The notes: generated by a model not told the origin, from the sequence alone. A stretch of DNA of 63,508 bases, filler included, from Intoshia linei (GCA_001642005.1; 6 parts of 6 records of this genome joined end to end with filler, not necessarily neighbours in it); one strand, 5' to 3'; shown: positions 39,317 through 52,905, counted from the whole stretch's first letter. Program-made: numbers and translations.

Positions 39317-40479
39317 TATATTATAAAATATAAAACAAGATATATTGAAATTGTATTTATTTATTACACGTCATTTTTGCATTAATTAATTATCAACATT
39401 AATAATGTAATGTTATTGAGATACTAACGTATGACAAATTAGAAGCCAATATATTTTGGAATCTAAAATATGTTTGTACTTCTCAAAGGGATCCACAATT
39501 AACTAATTTATTATAATAACCTGATATTAATTATTTCAAGAATTAATGTAATATTATTAACTCTGCGTGTGGTAAAATTTTAAAATTATTTGCATTTCTA
39601 TATTTTCCAAGTACTGCATATACAATAGATAACACGCAGTCTTAAGGAGAAAACACCACTAAATCCTATCCTAAAAGAAAAAATGTAATTTTATCAAATT
39701 TAAGGAAGAAAAACCACTTAAGCCAATCAAGAAGAAAAAATCCAAGTTTACCACCTTAATATTGAAATTGATTTTATTCTAATTTTCCTAATTAAAAATA
39801 TAAAAAGTATTTAAATTCAAAAATATTTTAGGGTACATGATAAATAATTTTTGAATTTTCGGGCTTTTATGAGGGGCAAATGCATTGATTTTTTTAGTTT
39901 AAATCAGTGAAATTAACAATATAAAAAAATATCTGGTTTGATTAAAATTAAATAATGATACATTTAATGAATTGGAGTTAAAATTATTTTAATTTTATTG
40001 AATAGTGAAAGAGCTTAAAGAATTTAAAGCAAAAAAAATACCTAATGTACCTACTATACCAACCAAAAACACGATAGAAACAAAAAATAACGAAATATAA
40101 AGAAAAAAGAGATAAATATGTATACATTATGTATTATTCATTTATTGATTGCAATAATGTCTCTTGATAATTTCATAGCTCACAATAAATGTTTATCAAT
40201 ATATTAGGGTATTTCAAATTTTGAAATAATTCCGGATATAAAACAACTTTAGGGTAAATTTTGTTTATGTTAAATTCAATATCCAACAAATTTTTCATTT
40301 AATTTTTTTGAAGTGGGCAATGACCACTCGGCACAGCTTTTTTAAAATTCTCGCACAGATGTCTTTACGAATTTAAAAAGATGATATTCAAATTAAAAAA
40401 ATAGACATTTTAATTTTTATTAGAATTTTTTTATATAACACAATGGTTGTCGAACACCGTTATTTGAAAAATAGTTTGG

Positions 40480-40842
40480 TCTAAATTTTGTTAGATTCTA
40501 GGGCTTTTTCATTAAACTAAAGAGTAATTTGGGGTTTTGGCCCTAAAGATTTAAATTATTTTTTTTTAATTTAAATTTATGATAATATTATGATTTTAAA
40601 ATTTGTATCAAAGTATATATTTTTTTTATATTCTCGATCTCGTTTGATTTTCAAAAAAAAGAATTTTGGGCTATTTGACCAGTAAGAGGTAAGTTTGGAA
40701 GGTCGAAATTTATTTTGCTAACAACCAGGAAAAAACTGTAATTGAAATGTGAACTTTATAAAATTCTAAGACTGGTAGTTAATGAAATAAACGGTAACAG
40801 ACACACAAACAAATATTGCATACCATATTATATAACTAAGGA
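40480..40842 (-). mobile_element. Helitron 5' fragment
   Basis: Reverse complement of the family 5' region, ending TAAGGA|T on the plus strand. Confidence 0.7.
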
Positions 40843-41257
40843 TTTAAAAGGATCAACCCTACGTCAATAGTTATTGTTAAATATTTTTATTGCGATATAT
40901 TCTTAATATTACATAAATGAACAGATTGAGAACTAATGTTTTGATTCTTAGATACGTGTGACACCTTAATCTACATATATAATATCGTATAATATTTTTG
41001 ATTAAACAAAATATAGAATGACATTTATTAGTACAATGTCTATGTATTGCGCTGCAAGTAATACATACTGGGCGTTTTTAATTATGTTTTAGATAAATTT
41101 GAAAACCCTCTATGTTCGGCATTTTTGCAATTTTAATCTCAATTTAAAAATAACGACGTGATTGAAAAATAATATTGATATTAAGTTGACCAGCTCATTC
41201 AGACGAACAAGATAATGTATTTATCATAATTGCATATTTTTGGTGTTGTACTGTGTT

Positions 41258-42144
41258 CAGAACCGTCTTAAGCCACTTCGTGGCGTGGGCTAAGCAAAGG
41301 GCCGGAGGCCCTTTAAAATTTCGAGCGAAGCGATAAAAAAATTAGGTCCCCTGTTTAGAAGACAGGGCATACTGTTGGTTGGAGATTTAGATTCTCATTT
41401 CAATAAAATCATTAAAAGATACCATGTAGGTTTCTATTAATTTTTATTTCTATTACAAAAACCTATTTACATTAATTAATGAACAAAGTTTACTTTTTCG
41501 TTTGAAAATATGCACAATGCAGTCACAAAAAAATCTTGACAATTCTTCACAAATGTTGTTTTCTCACTTTTTTCTGAGAGAAATCAGATATATTATCAAA
41601 ACTGATATCATTTTCAAATAATATTAAGGAGAGCGCATTCAAACGAGGTTGAGCTAAGCAATTTCGAAGTTCATTCTTAATTATTTTTAGTTTAATAAAA
41701 GTTCTTTCACATTTGCAATTTGCAACCATAATTGAAAGAAACATTCTCATGCAGATTTCAATATTAGAAAATAGTTTTTACAAAGTGTATCATATTTTAT
41801 AACTTTATACATAACAAAAATGTTATTGCCTGTTTTTTCCAAATCTTTGCTATAAGCTGCTATAAGGTTATCACACGAAGTATTCAACTCATCATGCGAC
41901 ATCACATTTAACATTTCACAGAACTTTGATTCTTTAAACTATTATCTTTCTAACTATTTGAATTGCCACACTTTAAAACTTATAAACTGTTTCTTAAAAT
42001 ATAAATGTTAAGTATTTTTTAATAAATTGGGGCCTCTTTTTAAGATATTAATTTAAAGTATTTTAATCATTTGGGGGCCTTTTTAATGAGTGGCCTTGGG
42101 CTACAGCCCATATTGCCCATGTAAACGCCCTTAAAACGGCTCTG
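41258..42144 (-). mobile_element. Internally deleted hAT element
   Basis: TIR CAGAACCGTCTTAAG / CTTAAAACGGCTCTG, perfect 8-bp TSD ACTGTGTT, dimerisation remnant CERTFIKLKIIKNELR..RLNALSL. Confidence 0.9.
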
Positions 42145-42692
42145 ACTGTGTTATCATTAATGTAAATAATAAAATACAAAATAAATAAACATTCTGTTTG
42201 AATAATGTATTTATAAGTAATAATGTAAATGTTTTTAAAATACACATTTAAAATTTATGTAGGTCAAAACCTTCATCTTATGAATTAAAATGGTGTGTTA
42301 TGCAATATTCAATATTTTCATTATTGTTATAAAATATTACCTAAGCATCAAAAAAACTTGCCATCACTAATAAAACCATATATGAAACTATTAAATAAAT
42401 ATTTGTTAAACTTTACTTGAAAAACGTTGTAGTTGACGTAGAAAGCTGCAAATTAGTCATGTCTAACATACACGTGTCTTTACAAACGTGTTTGTATAAC
42501 ATATTGCATCTTGACTTTTTATTAGTAGTTTAATAGTACATAGTTATACACGTAGTACTTTATCGTTAAATCGTATTACACCAGATTCCATTCATCCTTT
42601 TTAATACGTTAGGTTTGTAAATGCATAGACAATTAAAATTATCGATAAAAGACTAGTGAACATTACACTTTTTAAATACCGAGAAAGTGACA

Positions 42693-44072
42693 ATGCAAGA
42701 TCTTCCAATAAAAATAGCATATATATCGACATTATGTCTGTTTCTGTTTACCACGTCTAGTAAAAGAAAAAGAATAATTTATTCTGGAGCATATTTTATA
42801 CTAAATTTTTTAATTTTCTATAATAATTTGTTTTATTTTGTAGGGCCAATAGTAAACATGATGCTAATTTATACAATAATGAAATTTAGCGGCGAACATT
42901 CAATTTTTCGATCCAATATTTATTATATCGTTTTGATTTGGACTTTGTTTTGGTCTATAAAGATGAACAATACTCCAGGAATAGATATTTATGATTCTCT
43001 AAGATATGCTGCAGTAATGATAATGTTTACAAGAATGCTTTCTACAGTTGTTTACTTGTGTCCAAATATTGGTAATAATTTAAAACTGAAAACGCGTAAT
43101 AATCAAAAGGAAAAAAACCAAGACGACGGAAAAAGTGGCATTGATGGAAGGAAAATGATATCTTCATTTAAAGAAATGTTTTATTATCAAACTAGTATTG
43201 TCGGGATAAACGTAGGTCCAATTTTTAATTATCAAGAATTTACGAGTACAATGAATCCAAGTAAACGACATTTTAATTATTTTAAAATTTTGGACGCTTT
43301 TGTGACAAATACAATTGGAGATTTAATATACGAATATGCCGGCTCAGTAGATAATGTACTTTCCGATAATTATTTTCAAAATACAACAATTACTGAAACG
43401 CTAATCTACATAACTTTAATATCAATTGCATTCAGATTTCGTTTGAATAGTGCATTCAGTTTGGGTGAAATAATTATGAATGCTTGTGGTGTAGAGGTTT
43501 ACAACAAAAACGATCCAAAATGTGAAAAAAATAAATGGATAAACGGCATGGATTTTAAAAATTATTTGTGCAAAAATTCCTTCCGTAGTGCAATGCGTGC
43601 CTGGAACATGTCTATTCAACTATGGATTTATCGATGTTTTTACAAAATGCTAAACTTACATAAATTGAACAGAAATATTGCATTGGTAATAGTTATTGCT
43701 TTTAATATGGTTTGGCATGGTCCGTATCTAGCCTATTTTATGGCAGGTTCCGTTTTTTTATTCAGTACGATTATACAAGATTGCATAATAAATATGTATT
43801 CAAATTCAAAAAATATAAAGACGGAGGCATCGAATGTTAAAGATTTAAAGGAATGCTGGAATTTGATTAGGAAAGGAAACGTCAATTTTGACATTGTTTT
43901 TAATTTAATTTTATGGATAACTACTCAAACCACTGTCGATTTTATCATTGTGGCTCTATTTACCACCAATGTATCAATTGTTTGGAAATTATGGAAATTT
44001 CTTTATTTTTATCCTCTCATTATGTGGATGCTTTTACTTTTATTTATTAAATTGGTACGAAGCTACAAGTAG
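42693..44072 (+). CDS. MBOAT-family lysophospholipid acyltransferase (MBOAT7/LPIAT-like), paralog 2
   Basis: Collinear with paralog 1; GINVGPIF, MRAWNMSIQLW, WHG; AATAAA at about 44112. Confidence 0.85.
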   Translation: MQDLPIKIAYISTLCLFLFTTSSKRKRIIYSGAYFILNFLIFYNNLFYFVGPIVNMMLIYTIMKFSGEHSIFRSNIYYIVLIWTLFWSIKMNNTPGIDIYDSLRYAAVMIMFTRMLSTVVYLCPNIGNNLKLKTRNNQKEKNQDDGKSGIDGRKMISSFKEMFYYQTSIVGINVGPIFNYQEFTSTMNPSKRHFNYFKILDAFVTNTIGDLIYEYAGSVDNVLSDNYFQNTTITETLIYITLISIAFRFRLNSAFSLGEIIMNACGVEVYNKNDPKCEKNKWINGMDFKNYLCKNSFRSAMRAWNMSIQLWIYRCFYKMLNLHKLNRNIALVIVIAFNMVWHGPYLAYFMAGSVFLFSTIIQDCIINMYSNSKNIKTEASNVKDLKECWNLIRKGNVNFDIVFNLILWITTQTTVDFIIVALFTTNVSIVWKLWKFLYFYPLIMWMLLLLFIKLVRSYK

Positions 44073-44624
44073 TTTTGTTAGATTTCAGCAAATATATAAA
44101 TATTTTTGAATAATAAAGTTAAACATGTATGTATTAATCTTGAGAATATATTGTTTTCTTTTTGTATTATTTTTTTCAAACGTTTACTTCTTTCTCCTAA
44201 TTATATTAATAATAATTGAGCAAATTTATACCATTATGACGAAATTATTTATCAAATAGTTTTATCAAATTTTAAAAATAAAAATTTAGGAAAAATAAAT
44301 TGAGATTGTGTCCCGTTTATTTAAGAGCTCACTTGAGAAAGATACTTGAACCATACAAAAATAATTTTTTATAAAATAAATTTTAATAACATTCTAAAAA
44401 TTTTAAATTTAATTAATTTAAAAAAAAATTAACATGTAAATATAAAATTTTATATATAATCTATGTTATGTTTTAGATAATGAATATTACGCAATATAAG
44501 TTCTATATTTAAAATAAGACTATTTAGTTTTGTACAAATATATTATCAATCAATAACTAGTTCATCGAGGTGAACTTTACATTTATAATAATTACTGGAT
44601 TGAATATTACACCTCCGCAACAAA

Positions 44625-45400
44625 TCAATTTTCCGTTAGAAATCTTTGAGGTTTTTTGCATTTCTCACGATCACGTAGTTTGTACAAGGACTGTTGTTTA
44701 TTATTTCGATGATTTATTGGAGTAAAATGTTTTGTAAAATATGAAGGAGATTGAATGTGTGCATCAAAATTTTTTTTTATTCTTTTATTGTGGAGATTCT
44801 TTTGGAACTCGATTTGATCCATTAACTTAATTCTATCAAATTTTTTATTGTTGTACATATCATATCCTAAGACTACATAAGTAGGAGGAACCCCTGTACG
44901 TGCAAATGTGGTAGATCGTAAACCCATCAAAACACATGGTAATAATACATCCCATTGATTATTATCATTCAATATACGTAATCTTTCTCGTATTGTTCTA
45001 TTCATACGTTCTACCAATCCATTTTGATGGTGTTGATAGGGTGCAGAATGAGTTTTGTCTATTTTATATAGTTTACATAATCTGGACATCAGCACATCAC
45101 ATCAGCCTCGAATTGTTGCGCACCATCAAAATGAATTTGTTTAGGCGGACCATATCTTGAAATTATGTGAGATAACAATACATCAACAATCGAAACAGCA
45201 TCAATGTTGCATAAGGGCGCAGCTTTTATCCAACCAGAAAAATGGTCTACCATCACTAGAATATATCGGTTCAATCTTGTGGTTTCAGGTAACGGCCCTA
45301 ACACATCCACTTGCCAAAAGTCATTAAAATTAAGAGTTTGTACATGATTTAATTTATTCCACTTATTATGATTCTTATGTTTATTTGAACTACAGTCTTA
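44625..45400 (-). mobile_element. Gypsy-type LTR retrotransposon integrase remnant
   Basis: WQVDVLGPLP, VMVDHFS, FDGAQQF and PYQHHQNGLVERMNRT, with a frameshift. Confidence 0.85.
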
Positions 45401-45429
45401 AGAAAATTCTTATAATTATATATATAATA

Positions 45430-45890
45430 CTTAAATTCTAAGACTGGTAGTTATTTCAATAAAGTGAAACATACACACAAAAACAAAAATCGCGTAACAT
45501 ATTATATAAGTTAGGATATTCAAAATGATAAAATAGGTTTTTATAATTTGAATTTTTCTAAAATTTATGCTATTTATGACAATTTTTAGGATTGGACTGT
45601 TTTTACTTTATTTTAATATTATACACACATTTTGTCTAATAAAATTGGACTGTTTTTACTTTATTTTTAATATTATACACACATTCTGTCTAATAAAATT
45701 AAAAACATGGGATAACAATTTTTTTGAAAATTCTTAACGCAAATGTTAACAAACAAAAAATTAAGATGGAATAATTCACTTTAAAGTAAAAAGTAATGTG
45801 ATATGATAGTTCCACCAGAAACAAGTTTGTGAACCTCTCCTTTAAAGGATTGATAATAGTGAATAGTAGGATTTTTAAGTTAGATTTTTT
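45430..45890. mobile_element. Rearranged Helitron fragments with an internal tandem duplication of about 54 nt
   Basis: Minus-strand 5' end at 45516, followed by a plus-strand 3' region; the attggactgttttt...tctaataa block is repeated at 45591-45695. Confidence 0.7.
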
Positions 45891-46132
45891 TGATAAAATA
45901 AAAATATGCCGTTAGATAAGCATAAAAATAAAATCGTTTTTGTAGATTACCGCAGCAAATGTAATATAATTTAAATAAATAAAATTTATTTTACATCCAT
46001 AAACTAATATTGACAAACTCTAAATATATTCTGCTATTTACTATAAAGTATTTGTTTTAATTGAGATAACTCATATTTAAATGTCGAAAATATTCAAGTA
46101 TATAAAAATTTAAATATAAAATTCATTTGTAG

Positions 46133-49100
46133 AGTCGAGATAGAACGGCATAAGTTGAATAAAGAAAAATTAAATGTACCCTTTTAAATCTATCAAAAGT
46201 GAATGAATATATTTTTAGATTTTAAGATCAAAACCTATTACTAAATATCTTATCGAAGGTTTAGAAAATTATTACGATGTAACATTATATACTAAATGTG
46301 TTATTACTATGATACAGTACATTTTGTATTGTTTTATTGATAAATTTAGTCTACTTATGTTGGCAAGTTTGAGATCGGCACACCTTCCGTAACTATGTTA
46401 TTATGTGTAGATACAGGTTCTTCAGATGTTTGGATTCCTGCAGGAGGTTCCACTTATAGTGATGGGAAGACTGGTAACATTTTTCTTGATGATTTATTCT
46501 TTGTACCAGTGGTTCTCAACCCGTATTCCGCAAAATTTATTAGGGTTTCGTGAAATATAAATGCGATACTTTTCAATTTAATGTTTTTTAAAATTAAAGT
46601 TGTTTTAAATTTTACATAAATATATTGTTTAATAAAAATATCTAATATATAAAACCTTTGTAAAAAATATCAAGCCCAAATTTCTCATTGAGAAGTAAAA
46701 ATATATTTCATTATTAAAAATCAAATTGTTTTATATATGCCACATGTCAAAAAAAATTTTGATCATGTTTTTAGGTGCCGCGATTTTCTGAAATTTCATA
46801 AGGGTTCCACGCAGTAAAAAAGGTTGAGAAACACTGCTTCGTACAAACAACAGCTAGCTCTGACAAATGCGATTTTTTAATTTATTTACAATGAGTGAAG
46901 ATGTTTTCTATTTATATCAATGATTCCCAACGTGGGGCGTGCGCACCACCGGTGGGGTTTGTGAATATTTTGTTGGGCTTTAAAAATTTTAGAAAAAAAA
47001 ATAATTGATTAGTTATCAATGATCATTGACCACATCAAATTTATATCAGGAATTTATCATATTTCACTTTAAAGTTATAACTTATAACTACTATTGAAAC
47101 ACAGTAGTAAACTTAACCGGGTAATGGTACAACAATGGTAATTTTTGAACAAGATAAACTAAACTTTGGTAAATTCGCATAGTTTTGATAGACTAAAAAT
47201 ATTTACACTAAACTCAAAAATCATAAATTAATTCGGTTTATTGTATGTTCAATTTAAGTATATTAGTAGTGTTGTGTACGATGACTTCACAGATTGTGAT
47301 CAAAGATTTTAATTTAAAAACAATGTTTTCAACGATATTTTAATTCTTGTATTTTTTGTTACTAGAATAATTTTAAATGTAGTTATTGTTATCTACATTA
47401 CTATATTAAATTTTAATTTTACCACAGTTTGTTGCGCAGTAATATATAAACATAAAAAATCTGTTAGGATACCACATGGAAATATTTGATATAAATTATG
47501 GGGGCGTAGAAATTTCGTAAGGATAAAAATGGGGCATGAAACTTATAAGGTTGGTAAACACTGATTTATATAGTCATGTTTGTACAATGAAGGTCATATT
47601 TGAATTTAATATGGTCATATTTTAAAATTGATGGTAATGATCGGAAATCATAGGAAATGAATATTAACTATGCCTTAGCTATATATGAGGCTTTTTGACC
47701 GTGAAGACGTCACTTTATCAGATTCAAAATTTTTGTGTGAGTTAACTAAATATAACCATCACATGTAATTTTATTTTAAATTTTAGAACTATTTTCATTT
47801 TTTCAAAAAAGGTAATCTGGGGTTTTGCTCATGAAAATACATTTTTTTGTGATTTTTGGATGTATAACATTGCCAAAGGGGGAGATAATAAGAAATATTT
47901 ATAGCATAATAGAAATATGCATACATAAATATAGATAAAACTTTCTAATTCCGGTTGCTTTGCTCTGACCTAATGTTATGAAATGTAAACTTATGTAGTG
48001 AGAACATTGAGGAAATGTAATAGAACTTTACCCAGACTAAGAAGATAATATAATTCATTTTTATATTCAATAACGTTTATTCTAGTTGAGAAAACTTTTG
48101 ATACTTCAGAGTCTGCAACATATCTGGACCTGGCAGACACGTTTACTCTTAGTTATGGATCTGGGGATTGTACTGGTTATGTAGGAGAAGATGTCGTTCA
48201 TGTATGTATCATTTGTATATAATGTTGAACATTTAGATGGGCAAAGTATCCTTTCCACAAAAAATGGGATTTGCTACGTCTATTTCTGCTTATCCGTTTG
48301 AACATTCTTCTATGAATGGTATTCTAGGAGCTACTTTTAAATCAATATCAAATTTAAGCACAAATACATTCTTTATGAATCTATTTAATCACTATAAAAT
48401 GAAGAAAACATTTTCATTCTATTTAAATAAGTAATTCAAAAATTTTAAAAATCAGCTCTTAATTAGTAATTAATCAAATAATATAAATGTAATAATTATA
48501 TTTTTAGTAGACTAATTCCATGTGAAAACGACATATTTTTATAAAATTAGTAACCTGACTCTTTTTGATTTGACGATATATACATTAAAAAATCAGAAAA
48601 TTGAATAATTTAAGAATCACCCTAAAAACCTAAAACTTTGAGGGTTTTGAAGGCATGACGACCACATTTATATATTGTATGAAAAAATGTATTGATCTTT
48701 TACGCCCATATGCGAAATTAAAATATTTTTTGACATACTTTTGGCGCTGATTATACATAGTGTGTATTATTATATTTTTATAATTTCACATTTTAGTACG
48801 GATAGTGAACATAAAAGCGAATTGTTTTTGGGTGGCATTAACAATGACATAATTGACGGAGATCCAATATATGCCGACATAACACATGATCAATATTGGA
48901 TGGTCGATTTAAACAAGTAAAATTTAAAATATTAAATGTATTGGTTAAATGTATTGTAATATATTATGGTAACGACAATGTAATTATGTTATTATGATTA
49001 TGCATATATGTGGTAGGGTCATAGAGGGACCTAGGGTCATATTACATAAATACTATTCTAAATTAATAAGTGACGTTCGAAAAGTTATGGTATGATAAAA

Positions 49101-49689
49101 GTACTTTACAAAATTTGATGAGTTTTCAGTTTTCATTCACAAAACGTAAAAAATTCAAAACAAATAATTTAGGATTATGTTTCTAATTGATAAATATCCT
49201 TTTTACTGTGATTCAAAAATCTGCTTCAATCTCACAAATTGATACTGCTTTTATTTTTATCAAATCATTAATCCACAAAGTGATTTAGAAATTTTTAGCG
49301 TCGGTGAAGTTTTAAGTTTAAGAAGGCATGGTATAATAATAATAATACTAAATTAAAATAATTAATCTAGGGTTATTATGAAGGGTAAAATTATACAAAC
49401 AAATGGTTCAGCCATATTGGATACCGGCACTTCACTGATATGGGGTCCAGAAGAAATTGTTAACAAAATGGTTGCTATGTTGGGTGCTAAGAAAATAGAC
49501 CAAGGAGTAATTTATTATTAATCTAGTTTATATGTATATATATATATTATATTTATATATATATTATAATATTTAAACCAAATCTAGTTGCATGTAATTA
49601 CAGCAGAATTGAAAAATTTACCAGAATTAACCTTTGTTATGGCCAAAAAAAAATTTAAATTGAGACCAGAAGATTATACTATCACAATG
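46133..49689 (+). CDS. Pepsin-family (A1) aspartic protease, multi-exon; start and final exon(s) not identified
   Basis: Spliced exons give EGLENYYD|STYVGKFEIGTP..VDTGSSDVWIP (DTG at 46410), FTLSYGSG, NGILG, FSFYLN, ELFLGGI, YWMV, AILDTGTSLIWGP (DTG at 49420) and LPELTF..FKLRPEDY. Confidence 0.92.
46507..46836. mobile_element. hAT (Charlie-type) MITE in a protease intron
   Basis: TIR CAGTGGTTCTCAACC / GGTTGAGAAACACTG; TSD CTTTGTAC / CTTCGTAC. Confidence 0.88.
46918..47563. mobile_element. hAT (Charlie-type) MITE in a protease intron
   Basis: TIR CAATGATTCCCAAC / GTTGGTAAACACTG; perfect TSD ATTTATAT. Confidence 0.82.
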
Positions 49690-50814
49690 GTGAAAAATTA
49701 TTATAATACATTATATATAACATTAATATAATCAATATTTAAATTAATAATTACAATTCTTTCATCTCTTTCTTCTAGTCATATACATTAGTTTTATAAC
49801 AAATTTTCTCAACCAGCGTTGTTAGAAGTTGAAATTATGTATAAATTGTATATTATCCGTTTTAACTGTAAATACATAAATATCGAAATGATAATAACAG
49901 TTATACTTCTTGTTATTCTAAATTTTTTGAAAATAAAAGTTACGTGGCAGTGATAAAAAAACCGAAGGAATCAATTTACGAGAATTTCGAATTTTTTTGA
50001 AATTGTAGGATGAATAATTACATTTATATTTGTGATTCTAAAATTTGAAAAATATTGGTTGATAATATATTAAAAGTTATTTTTTAGAGGGATGCGTAGC
50101 TTTCAGGATTTTAAAGTTTATATCTATATCAACTAGAATAAAATGTATCAGATTAATCTTTTTATTAATTTTAGGACTTCATTATTTAAACTTTTTTATT
50201 TTACATGATAATGAAATAATTTCCATAAAAAAGAAAGTGAATAGTAAATTGCTTTTTTGACCATGAATGCTTTACTTTGTAACATTGAAATGTAACAGGG
50301 GGAAGTTGTATTAAATGTAGTCTTAGTTAAAATTCTAAACTATTAATAATGGGTAATTTAGAGTTTTGGTCATTTACTTTTTTTTACATCTTACATTTAC
50401 ATCATTATATCATTTGTTTAATTAATGATGGAATTCATTTCTTTTGCGATTTTTTCATGTAATAAATTTAATCGATTATATTTCTTCGGAATCTCCTCAC
50501 CCCAAGAGGATATCGGTAAAATAAGTTCGGCTCTGAGTGCATCGCCTGTCTGAATAAATTTTAGATGAAAAAAATTGTAGGTCTACAAATTATACATTTT
50601 CTGAACCGCTACACTTTCTGGAGTATTTTAAAAATAAAATTAAAAAAATTCTTAGTTGTCTTTTTTTTTAAATGCAAGAAATGTAAATTTTATGTAAAAT
50701 TGGAAATTTCAATGCAAAAAATTATTTAAATTTTCATTTTGTTAACATTTTATACTGAATATAATTTTTATTTACTGTTAAATTTTAAATTTAAAGCTTT
50801 TGATAGAAACTTCA

Positions 50815-50914
50815 NNNNNNNNNNNNNNNNNNNNNNNNNNNNNNNNNNNNNNNNNNNNTTAATTAATTAANNNNNNNNNNNNNNNNNNNNNNNNNNNNNN
50901 NNNNNNNNNNNNNN
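50815..50914. other. Artificial 100-nt assembly spacer
   Basis: N44-TTAATTAATTAA-N44. Confidence 0.95.
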
Positions 50915-50989
50915 TTTTAAAAATACACACTTTTAGTGCTAATTGCCCATCGAATTCTAAAATTTTCCCAAAAATGTGACACCCTAATG

Positions 50990-51720
50990 TAGCTAGCAAT
51001 TGTGCGTGTTTTTTGTAGCCAAAAATAGAGTTGATTAAGTATTCGTCTGGTTTTTGATTTTCCAGGATGACAATAACTGTAATTTGTGTGATAATATTCC
51101 AGAATTTTTAGAATTAATTTTAGTGGAACTACTGGAACCAAAATATCACCTTTTTAAAAATATAGTATGGTATCCTTTATTATTAAATTCTTTTTAAAAC
51201 GATAATATATATTATCTTTCGTGATTTCATTAATACTATATAAAGCTTTCTGACAGTCATTATCATTGGATTGATATGTCTGTATCAAATGAAACTGGTA
51301 TAAATTTGATAGAGTTAACGGAATCAAACTGGGGAGGTGACAGTATATCTGCAGTATAATTAAATTTTCCTTTGCTATATATTATTTCAAAATTGTAATT
51401 TTCAAGTTGTTGAATCCATTTGAATTGTCTTTTACTTAATCTTTTGGAGTTTCTAATATACACTAGAGGTCGATGATCAGTAATAACTGTAAATGTAGTA
51501 TCATAAAGATAATATTTAAATTTTAGAATGGCCCATGCTACGGCTAATATGTCTTTTTTAACGGTGCTATAATTATTTTCCGTTTTTGTAAAAATTTTAC
51601 TTGCACATTATATTATTTTCCCATTCTGCTTCAACACGGCACCCATTGCTTTATCTGAAGCATCAGTTTCTAGAATGAAAGTTACATCTACTATTGGAAA
51701 TGATAGTACCGGTGCCACCG
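50990..51720 (-). mobile_element. Gypsy pol remnant (RNase H and integrase zinc-binding region)
   Basis: FILETDASDKAMGAVL, VITDHRPLVY, WIQQLENYNFEIIY.KGKFNYTADILS, HPG. Confidence 0.85.
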
Positions 51721-51955
51721 TTTTTTGACTATTTTATGGCACATTCTTGGGCAGATTTTGCAAATTGATCTACAAATAAAATTATTTTTTTTCTGATAAA
51801 TTTTCATTGAAATTTATTTTTTAATTTATTTAAATTGTACTTTTAACTAACAAAAATTAAATTAAATTTTAGTAAATAATAATAAATAAAATATAAGTTT
51901 AAAGAACGACATAAGTTTATTGAAAACATGAATTTACACTAAATTATATGTACAT

Positions 51956-52250
51956 TAGGGGTGTTCCAAAATTTTATAAATTAGGTCCAAATACTGATAA
52001 AGTTGCGTGTGATTGTAATGATTACTGAAATGTTTGTTGTAGGAGGATAATTTAAAGAGCCTTTACAATAACAATAATTTAATATAAATTCTTTACACGT
52101 GCACTATCAATATAAACAAGTAAATCTTCATAGTGATCAATGTCATCACTACAGTGATAGTTTCACGATTATCATAAAACCATCACACGCAATTTTGACA
52201 GTATTTGGACCATGAAATTTCGAAAAAAAGTATAAAAAATCACACCCCTA
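51956..52250. mobile_element. hATm-like MITE
   Basis: TAGGGGTG...CACCCCTA termini, internal inverted repeats, perfect 8-bp TSD ATGTACAT. Confidence 0.88.
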
Positions 52251-52264
52251 ATGTACATTTTACA

Positions 52265-52422
52265 TAAAGTGGCCAGAAAAATACGTACTATCACTTTTAG
52301 TTTATTTGGAATAAATTTTAAGCTGAAAATTTTTATTCGTCATCGTAGATAAGTAGTTTTGGCTTTACATTTTAACACCAAATATACTAAAATTGATAGT
52401 ACGTATTTTTTCTGGCCACTTT
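52265..52422. mobile_element. Tc1/mariner-type MITE
   Basis: Inverted repeats TAAAGTGGCCAGAAAAATACGTACTATCA / TGATAGTACGTATTTTTTCTGGCCACTTTA. Confidence 0.75.
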
Positions 52423-52905
52423 ATTTTACATCATAAAAATAAAAATAATTTTAAATTTAATTTAGTTTATATGGTTATCGTCTGTAATACATTCAAGAAT
52501 GTGCCATAAAACGGTTAAAATGTGATTGACTTTTTGACAATTGTGGCCCTAATGCATACTCGATTTTAATAAAATCATTTTATCTATCCATTTTCTTTCA
52601 TTGAACTTATTGCATTGAAAAGGAATTCACTATTGAAAATCAAATTTCGTAAGTAGTCAGATTTTCAAAAAAAAATTTGGCACATTTGAGATAGCATGAT
52701 AAAAATGTGGCGAATGGTATGTAAAAAATTGGCCACCTGCTGTACGGCAATACAAAGAAAATTGCAACTTTGACATGAAAATGAAGTTATTCGTAAATTA
52801 AATTGCCAAACGAAGTTAATAAACTGTGAATAAAATAATCACCAAGATACAACTTTATTATTAAAAAACATGACTGACAGGTTGCGGTAATTTATTTAAA
52901 TAAAA

